The position numbers were made by a program, and so were the translations under genes. From a virus (lineage: Duplodnaviria; Caudoviricetes): DNA of 44,797 bases. Numbering within the stretch: the first letter of the stretch is position 1; every line of letters starts with the position of its first letter. The notes below the pieces were generated by a model, which saw only the letters and a program-made list of their open reading frames with translations, made no database searches and had not been told where the DNA came from. Shown piece after piece: positions 9,127-15,724 of the stretch. The stretch lies in the IMG/VR virus record IMGVR_UViG_3300020045_001886, positions 1 through 44,797 of that record; one strand, 5' to 3'.

Positions 9127-9360
9127 CTAAGATAACTCAAATTCTTCAATACAGTAATTTGTGCAGAACGTAGCATATACCTCCTGCAGTCTATCACGTT
9201 CAACTTCAGCTTTATGACGGTCTAATGTGCAGTACACAACTGAGTTGTAATTACTCTTAGCATCAATGCACCATACAAGGTACACTAAAGGTGTAACTGG
9301 CTTATCCTCAAGACTAGGCCAGTGTATGACTGTGAATTTAGCCTGCGTATCTGTAATCAT
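9127..9360 (-). CDS. hypothetical protein
   Basis: ATG 9360 overlaps the upstream stop, AAGGAG SD; VYLVW...YCIEEFEL. Confidence 0.7.
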   Translation of the reverse strand: MITDTQAKFTVIHWPSLEDKPVTPLVYLVWCIDAKSNYNSVVYCTLDRHKAEVERDRLQEVYATFCTNYCIEEFELS

Positions 9361-9794
9361 TCTACGTCTCCTTGTTCTTCTGTTTTCTTCATGTGCAAGT
9401 ACCAGTTGAACTGTGCTTTGATACATCCCATTAATTCCTGTTGACCGTAGTTGTAATCATCTGGTATATCCAGAATTATAATCTCCTTTGATTCGCAGAA
9501 ATCACCTCTGGTCTTAGTACAGGCTAATTCCTCTGGACTAAGCTGTGAGTAATTCTCTGGTGAACAGAACACAATCATATCCGCCCATAGAATCAATGCT
9601 TCTGAGATAGGCACTAGAGCATATTCGTGTGATGTACCACAGGAACGTGTGTTCCAGCCGTAGGTTGTATTCAGGTACATTGCTACAGACGGTGATCTGA
9701 GTAAAGAAGCTGAACAGACTGTGAGAACACGCTTAGCTGTACCTTGTGCTGAGTTATTTATATTGTGTCGTTGGTTACGTGTAGCTTTGATCAT
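9357..9794 (-). CDS. low-molecular-weight protein-tyrosine-phosphatase-like protein
   Basis: VLTVCSASLLRSP (CX5RS P-loop), WAD and LDIPD motifs. Confidence 0.85.
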   Translation of the reverse strand: MIKATRNQRHNINNSAQGTAKRVLTVCSASLLRSPSVAMYLNTTYGWNTRSCGTSHEYALVPISEALILWADMIVFCSPENYSQLSPEELACTKTRGDFCESKEIIILDIPDDYNYGQQELMGCIKAQFNWYLHMKKTEEQGDVE

Positions 9795-9967
9795 TCTGCA
9801 TCCTCCGTATCTGTGTATGAAACAACAATTGATTCGTACAGTGTATCATCATTATTTGATTCTCCGTCTAAAAATAAAGCTATCTTTTTAGCTTCTATTG
9901 TACTCTCAGCTTGGACTTCAACAGTAGTTGTGTATGTGTAGACATTTGTTACTTTGTAAATTGCCAT
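9791..9967 (-). CDS. small acidic hypothetical protein (58 aa)
   Basis: MAIYKVTNVYTYTTTVEVQAESTIEAKKIA...; AAGG SD; ATGA overlap with the phosphatase gene. Confidence 0.7.
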   Translation of the reverse strand: MAIYKVTNVYTYTTTVEVQAESTIEAKKIALFLDGESNNDDTLYESIVVSYTDTEDAE

Positions 9968-10553
9968 GTTAACCTTTCGTTTAATTCGGTTTGTTGTATG
10001 TTTAGATTGTAACGTATGTTCTACGTGCGGTTCAGCTAAAGATGAACTTTATTTCATTGCACGGTGCACATACGTAGATCGATAGGTGAGCTAATAGTCT
10101 AGCACTAAAAAGATAAGACAAAGAAGTAAATAACCAAGTAATAAACAATACAAGAATAAGCCATAAAAGAAAACACAATAAGATTACTTTATTCAGGAGA
10201 GTCTTTACTTGTAATGGAAGGTGCAATGTCTGTTTGTACTTGGTAGTTTAAGGTTGACCAGACGGTGTTACTTCCGTTTAAGCTGTAGGTCTTCTGGTTT
10301 GTGTTTACTATTTTATTTCTATTCTCTGTGCTAGAGCTTTAGCTGAACTGCAGGTGTACCGGAGTTTGTTGTGCGATGCACCCTACGAAGTAGATTGTAC
10401 TGCACGTTCATCCACACAAATACAACAGATTTAGAGAGTTTATTTGAGAGCTATAGCTAGACGAAAGCGAAAAGCGAAAAGCTCTGAAACCCAAGCCCAG
10501 CCTATATTTACTGCTATTAAAAGCATAGTGACTATTACCACTCAAGTTGTAAA

Positions 10554-11918
10554 CTATAAATCCAACCAGTCTTTTACTAGCCTTTTCATTCGCGGTGATG
10601 GTAGATACAACTTCATATTAGCACCGTTCGGATCACGAATACATCCTCTCCAGATGAACTGCAGTACCTCAGCCAGCGCGTATGCATCTGGTTCAACCTT
10701 CTCTGCGTAGTTCTGAAGGTAGTACTGAATATTTACATTCGGATAAATATTTATTAAGCACATACATAAGTCCCTCTTTCTGTACATATTCGTGGCTTTT
10801 GTGCTAACAGGAATCCACTTTGGAGGTCTGATTGTATTGTCTAAATCTGTACCTGAGTCATCATTAATACCTTCAACTTCTAGCTCTGTCAGTTGTTTTT
10901 GCTTTACTTCGAACTTCTCATTGGTGTAGTGACAAGTATTCCGAAGATACTTCATGCTGTGTTTATCAAGTAATGCATTTTTAGTTGAACCGATAGCTAC
11001 AACACTCTTAGGTGAACAGAAGTAAAATGAATTAGAGTGCTGGCTATTATTTACAAGCCAGTTACTTACACATTTCATATAATCCTTAGCGTACCCTTCT
11101 TTTAGTGCTTTATCCCACCAAGAATGTGACATACTCGTATCTCTGAATTTACTTACAATTCTGTCAGCCATCTTAATGTCCACGAACTCAAGTCTGTGCT
11201 TCAGTGATGCTTTAACCTGCTTTTCTTTCTCAGCTAACGAAGGAATACTTAAGAAGTTAATCGTGTACTTATGGAGCTTGAAGAAAGCAGCCATTGAACT
11301 AGCATTGAACATATACGTCATTACGATAACCTTCTTTGCAGCGTCAAGCATCACAGGTGGAATCTGCAGGTTAAGTAGATTCTCTGGTTTTGTGGTGCTG
11401 TATAACATACCCATGTCGCAAATGTCGTGGAGCTTCTTGTAGTGATTACCTTTAGACACATCCCAGTTCATACTGACTTTGCCTAGGTTGTCTTTATCAG
11501 CAACTAGATCACCTCGTGTGAACAAATCCTTTACGTCATCAGTGGAATAATCCTCGTATGGTTGAATATAGTCAAGTACTTCATCAAGAATAATAACGTA
11601 CTGCTGCTTCTCGATCTGTTCAATGTGCTTACGGTTCAGACTCTTGAACATCTGGTGCGTAGTACTGATATTCGCACCAGCTTCAAGTAGCTCCAGCAAA
11701 TGATCACCCTTAGCTCTTGTGTTGTTGAACTCGTCTTTATCTAGAGGTGTTTGCATGGATATACTCGCGCATTTACTCACCATTACGTTCTTAGCTTCAA
11801 ACAAAAGTGGAGTCACGTAGATGTACTTATCTTGTGCATTATTGATCATGAAATCAGTGATGTATCTGGTCTTACCAGTACCCATCATATAGTCAATGAT
11901 GTTAATTGTTTTACTCAT
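10554..11918 (-). CDS. SF2 helicase-like / putative origin-binding protein
   Basis: IIDYMMGTGKT (Walker A), YVTP, STTH, ILDEV (Walker B) and QFIWRGCIR (motif VI-like). Confidence 0.8.
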   Translation of the reverse strand: MSKTINIIDYMMGTGKTRYITDFMINNAQDKYIYVTPLLFEAKNVMVSKCASISMQTPLDKDEFNNTRAKGDHLLELLEAGANISTTHQMFKSLNRKHIEQIEKQQYVIILDEVLDYIQPYEDYSTDDVKDLFTRGDLVADKDNLGKVSMNWDVSKGNHYKKLHDICDMGMLYSTTKPENLLNLQIPPVMLDAAKKVIVMTYMFNASSMAAFFKLHKYTINFLSIPSLAEKEKQVKASLKHRLEFVDIKMADRIVSKFRDTSMSHSWWDKALKEGYAKDYMKCVSNWLVNNSQHSNSFYFCSPKSVVAIGSTKNALLDKHSMKYLRNTCHYTNEKFEVKQKQLTELEVEGINDDSGTDLDNTIRPPKWIPVSTKATNMYRKRDLCMCLINIYPNVNIQYYLQNYAEKVEPDAYALAEVLQFIWRGCIRDPNGANMKLYLPSPRMKRLVKDWLDL

Positions 11919-12220
11919 AGTACACCAGCATCTACTGCTTTATCTTTATTTATTGTGTATTTGTACTGAAGTCTATTCTTGATTGATAAGCTCTCGTGCA
12001 TTGTGATTAACCCGTCGTTGTGCATCTTACGTAGTGCCCTAGTAATAGCTAGTGACGACATACCTAGTGATTGTGCTAGTTCCTTCAGAGTCTTTGTACA
12101 GAATTCCATGTACCAAGTGTCGTTCTCAATGATAGCTAAAAGCATTTTACTTGAACTTGTAAGACTGTTGTTATTGAAAATGTACCAAGGGATGACTAGG
12201 CTATTATCATTGTATCTCAT
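11915..12220 (-). CDS. winged-helix HTH DNA-binding protein (replication-initiator-like)
   Basis: LTSSSKMLL...TLKELAQSLGMSSLAITRALRKMHNDGLI pattern; overlaps the helicase-like gene. Confidence 0.8.
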   Translation of the reverse strand: MRYNDNSLVIPWYIFNNNSLTSSSKMLLAIIENDTWYMEFCTKTLKELAQSLGMSSLAITRALRKMHNDGLITMHESLSIKNRLQYKYTINKDKAVDAGVL

Positions 12221-12296
12221 TTGTATTACCTTTCATTTGTTGTGATAACACATCTTAACACAACCGAGCAGATAACACAAGATTTATCCACAAATA

Positions 12297-12325
12297 TTTA
12301 CACCCACCACGACCTGTGTTACAAT
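12297..12325 (+). promoter_or_regulatory. sigma70-type promoter
   Basis: TTTACA-17 nt-TACAAT with TGn extension, upstream of ORF 12360. Confidence 0.6.
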
Positions 12326-12359
12326 CCCTCTTATACCACAATTACACCACAAGGACTAC

Positions 12360-12914
12360 ATGAATTCCACCCAAGATACACAAATTATACCTCCAGACTC
12401 AAACCCCCGTCTCCTCTATAGTTCAACCTTCCCTAACATAGCCTATGACCTCTTGAACGGCACCTTCTGGCGCATTGACAGCAGAACCAAGGCTACCACT
12501 AGGGAATTACCTCTGGACGATTCTAGCAGGGTTGTATGCAAGTCCAGTATCACCGGTAAGAACACTAATAGAAAAGGAGCTATCCTAGCATGGGAGATGC
12601 TGAACGGTAAAGAGCTTCCGGTGGATCACGTGGTGTACTTTAAGGATATGAATGAGGGTAATATTCGCGGTTATAATTTAGGTTGTTGCACCAAAGCTGA
12701 GTGGAGTTTAATCAAGGATGCTACTGCGAATCTAAGCGGGTATGCTAAGTTAGTCCCGCATAAGACGGAGGTTTATTCGTATAAGGTCAGGTATAAGCAA
12801 GGCGGGTTCAGCACTCATCAGAGCTTTCATGATATTACGGCAGCGAAAGCCTTCCTTAGAATGCTGGTTTGTACTGGGACTGTGCTGCTGAATAAGTATA
12901 TAGTTTCAGCCTGA
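12360..12914 (+). CDS. degenerate HNH-endonuclease-like protein with AP2-like C-terminus
   Basis: YDLLNGTFW, ILAWEMLNGKELP..VYFKDMNEGNIRGYNL: HNH scaffold lacking the usual catalytic His. Confidence 0.65.
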   Translation: MNSTQDTQIIPPDSNPRLLYSSTFPNIAYDLLNGTFWRIDSRTKATTRELPLDDSSRVVCKSSITGKNTNRKGAILAWEMLNGKELPVDHVVYFKDMNEGNIRGYNLGCCTKAEWSLIKDATANLSGYAKLVPHKTEVYSYKVRYKQGGFSTHQSFHDITAAKAFLRMLVCTGTVLLNKYIVSA

Positions 12915-12963
12915 GCGTAGCGACAGGCGTTGAGAGTGCGTAGTGCCTGTATAGCGCCTGAGC

Positions 12964-12992
12964 TTGACTTAATTAATACCTTACGATAAACT
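12964..12992 (+). promoter_or_regulatory. sigma70-type promoter for the ncRNA/tRNA region
   Basis: TTGACT-17 nt-TAAACT. Confidence 0.7.
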
Positions 12993-13014
12993 GCCCATTA
13001 AATCAACCAGACAT

Positions 13015-13188
13015 ACCGTAAGTTTGAACTACAGTACAGCTTGACGTAAGAATAGGTATTAAGCGCCTATTGACTGCTGTAGCATACGTACCTAGTATTT
13101 ATCCTACGGTCAATCGCTTGTGGTCTTCTGTTGTGTACTTGCGAAAGCATCCACAGTAGAATCCGGCAAGGCTAGACCCGTTACTAGC
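13015..13188 (+). ncRNA. candidate structured non-coding RNA
   Basis: Nested helices ACCGTA/TACGGT, CTACAGTA/TGCTGTAG and AATAGGT/GCCTATT; GAAA-capped long hairpin; GCTAG/CTAGC hairpin; starts just after the promoter. Confidence 0.5.
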
Positions 13189-13259
13189 ACTAATACACAT
13201 GATTACACCAAGTAGTTATGCCCGATAATCCAACTATAATAAGAAGAAGAACAAATACT

Positions 13260-13493
13260 ATGCAATGCGTAATCTGCCGAGCTACCTTCCGTCTAACAGC
13301 CTATAACCGTACAGACATCTGCCAGATGTGTCAGGTTAATACACCGCAGGAACCTCAAGATGATGAGGATTTAGAGCTGGAGTATAACCTCATGACTACT
13401 CAGGGGAGAACACTGGCTGTGTTCGATTCGGATGTGTATAGCACTGGGGGTGATATGGGGAATGATTTTGAGGATTACGGGCATGGACTCTGA
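13260..13493 (+). CDS. small Zn-finger-like protein with acidic tail
   Basis: CVIC...CQMC; the ORF can extend upstream to ATG 13218. Confidence 0.7.
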   Translation: MQCVICRATFRLTAYNRTDICQMCQVNTPQEPQDDEDLELEYNLMTTQGRTLAVFDSDVYSTGGDMGNDFEDYGHGL

Positions 13494-13775
13494 GGAACGA
13501 TGAGGACTGACCTCTACGGCCACGGCCTGTGATAGTTGGGTTATAACCCACGTACATTAGAGAAGGTATCTCGTTAAGCACACAGCTTAAAGATCGCTGG
13601 CTTAAATGCCAGTATGTACGTTGGTATCTTTACTTGCATATACTACTTATGCTTAATCTGTAGTATAATACGCAGAATGCTCCGGGGCTTACACCGAGGA
13701 TAACACGGCTGTTTCTAGTGGGTATATCCTGCGTGGATCAGGGAGCCTAACGTAAGACGAGTGTTGAGAACATAC

Positions 13776-13862
13776 GGGCTAATATCATAATGAGAGTGCA
13801 GCTACACCAGAGGAATACTGGGTGTAGAAAGTGTTGGGTTTAAATCCCAGCTTAGTCCACCA
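13776..13862 (+). ncRNA. tRNA-like RNA with elongated anticodon arm
   Basis: Acceptor GGGCTAA/TTAGTCC + ACCA; T-like arm GTTGGG-TTTAAAT-CCCAGC; central arm of about 9 bp CTACACCAG/CTGGGTGTAG with loop AGGAATA. Confidence 0.6.
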
Positions 13863-13867
13863 GATAA

Positions 13868-13944
13868 GACCCGGTAGTTCAATTGGCAGAACAGCGTGAC
13901 TCCAAATCCGCGTGTTGTAGGTTCGAATCCTACTCGTGTCGCCA
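13868..13944 (+). tRNA. tRNA-Trp (CCA), slightly irregular
   Basis: D arm GTTC/GAAC, loop CTCCAAA, T arm GTAGG-TTCGAAT-CCTAC, encoded CCA; one acceptor mismatch and a 1-nt bulge in the anticodon stem. Confidence 0.85.
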
Positions 13945-13950
13945 GATATA

Positions 13951-14024
13951 GCCCTGTTAGTTTAATGACAGAACACCGTGACATGACTACGGAGATGAAT
14001 GTTTGATTCATTCACGGGGCACCA
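13951..14024 (+). tRNA. non-canonical/pseudo tRNA, nominal anticodon ATG (His-like)
   Basis: Full cloverleaf with GCCCTGT/ACGGGGC + ACCA, CCGTG/TACGG stem and loop ACATGAC (no U33); T loop TTTGATT; D loop lacks GG. Confidence 0.7.
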
Positions 14025-14063
14025 GATAGTTAATTTTAATATAATAGATATTGGAGCAGAAGT

Positions 14064-14411
14064 ATGGCGTTTGTTAAAGGTGTGTCGGGCAACATCAATG
14101 GAAGACCCAAGGTTTTAGATGCAGATAAGCCAACTAATAGGGTACTGCGTGAGCGATCTTTACTAGAAATGGTACGCAAATTTAGACCTTTGCAATCAAA
14201 AGCAATTGCCGCTGCTGTCCACATCTTAGATAATAAAGATGCTTCGGAGAATGGTAAGCTACGTAGTGCTGCGCTGATTATTCAGACGTATAAAGACTTG
14301 ATTAAAGAGGTCTATGACCAAAAATACGATGATTCCGAAGGTGTTCCTATGCAGGAAGATAATAAACCAGTGTTTAGTCTTCACATGATTCCGAGTAAGG
14401 ATAAAGAATAA
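14064..14411 (+). CDS. terS: terminase small subunit (putative)
   Basis: N-terminal FVKGVSGNINGRPK motif typical of this family; position upstream of terL. Confidence 0.8.
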   Translation: MAFVKGVSGNINGRPKVLDADKPTNRVLRERSLLEMVRKFRPLQSKAIAAAVHILDNKDASENGKLRSAALIIQTYKDLIKEVYDQKYDDSEGVPMQEDNKPVFSLHMIPSKDKE

Positions 14412-14500
14412 GTTACGACAAGGATAGGTTGGCCGACCGACAAGTGAGTTTCCTCGCTCATTTCCTTGTTATTTTACGAGGTGTATTAATAGGAAAATAT

Positions 14501-15724
14501 ATGAATTATGATTTTAGTACTGCGGTAAACACAGAAATGATTAAGTTAGCTGCTGAACGTGGAGATAGACTACTTGGTGCAGCTGGGAAGAATTACCCTC
14601 CGGGTAGATCGTGTGATTATCGTAGTATGCTCTTATCTTGTGGTCATATTCAAGATATACGCCCTGTTCATTATAGAAAAACAACAGCAACATGTCAGAC
14701 ATGTTGTACAAACAAGTTGAACGCTGTTGCTAAATCTCAAGGTCTTACGCTTTTAAGCCTAGACATTGTTCAGTACTCAAATGAACGTTTATATATTAGA
14801 AACTGTGGTCACACTGAAATTCATAGTAATGATTACTTAGAAAAGCACAAACTAGCTGAGTGTCAAAAGTGTATAAGTAGTGAAGTTGATGCTAACCTTA
14901 AGCACAAGAATTTTACAGTTGTTGGAAAACCTAGAGATGGCTATTCTATATCTTGTAACACTTGCAAGAATATAACAGTATCTAGAACGGATGTTGCAAG
15001 AAGCGGAACTCCTTTGTGCATGGTGTGTTTCTCAGAACTTTTAAAGAAAGAGGCCACAACTGTAGGTTTTACTTACCTGTCTGAAAGAGAACCAGACCGT
15101 GTTACTACAGCATCTAGGACGACTAATTATAGATGGTACTCCTGCAACACATGTAGTAATATAGATACATTTTCACATATAGCGATGCGTTTAAATAATG
15201 TTCGCTGTACTAAATGCTATCTTGAAAGACGTAAAAGCGAAGCTGTAGCTCAAGGGATGGAGTATTTAGGCTGGTCTAAAGGTATGATGCACAACTATAG
15301 ATTACCTTGCGGTTGTGAACGAGAGATTCAACCTCAGGCTGTTCTAAGAGGTATCTGGGCATGTAAAATTCATGATAACACTCATTACCACAGACCAAGT
15401 GGAATATATTTACTTGAGATTAAAACACAAGATTTCTCGTGGTTAAAGTTCGGGTTTGCTAAAGACATTGGTATTCGCATTAAAGGGTATGGTCTACCAG
15501 AAGATGCAACTATTGAAGTTATTTTCAATATTAAAGTTGATACAGGCTATGAGGCACTAGAGGTTGAGAAAAGTATTCATAGGGATTTAATCAATGAGCG
15601 TATAGACCCGTCTTTAATGAAAGAAAAGTACATGACGTTCACAGGACACACTGAGTGCTATCCGTTAAGTACCAGTCCACTAATAATTTCTAAAATGAAA
15701 GGATTCTATGAGCAAAAGTTCTAA
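14501..15724 (+). CDS. free-standing putative homing endonuclease: repeated CxxC Zn-ribbons plus C-terminal GIY-YIG-superfamily (T5orf172/MUG113-like) domain
   Basis: Many CxxC/CGH motifs; GIYLLEI..LKFGFAK..R...EKSIH...GHTEC; ATG 14501 with AGGA SD; overlaps the terL start. Confidence 0.75.
   Translation: MNYDFSTAVNTEMIKLAAERGDRLLGAAGKNYPPGRSCDYRSMLLSCGHIQDIRPVHYRKTTATCQTCCTNKLNAVAKSQGLTLLSLDIVQYSNERLYIRNCGHTEIHSNDYLEKHKLAECQKCISSEVDANLKHKNFTVVGKPRDGYSISCNTCKNITVSRTDVARSGTPLCMVCFSELLKKEATTVGFTYLSEREPDRVTTASRTTNYRWYSCNTCSNIDTFSHIAMRLNNVRCTKCYLERRKSEAVAQGMEYLGWSKGMMHNYRLPCGCEREIQPQAVLRGIWACKIHDNTHYHRPSGIYLLEIKTQDFSWLKFGFAKDIGIRIKGYGLPEDATIEVIFNIKVDTGYEALEVEKSIHRDLINERIDPSLMKEKYMTFTGHTECYPLSTSPLIISKMKGFYEQKF

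Noticed and set aside
10032-10710. ORFs 10032-10226 (-) and 10444-10710 (+)
   Set aside because: The first reflects the A-rich tract (low complexity); the second overlaps the helicase-like gene antisense
13712-13719. TTTCTAGT complementary to the 10-nt insert (possible guide RNA)
   Set aside because: Only 8 contiguous pairs and the flanks do not extend convincingly; compatible with chance
13802-14011. Minus-strand 69-aa ORF
   Set aside because: Antisense to the tRNA genes
13495-14030. Hammerhead, twister, pistol or HDV-like ribozyme near the tRNAs
   Set aside because: I could not find the conserved cores by eye; a covariance search is still needed
14429-14500. TTG-start N-terminal extension of the nuclease ORF
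   Set aside because: The region is a structured leader; ATG 14501 has the SD
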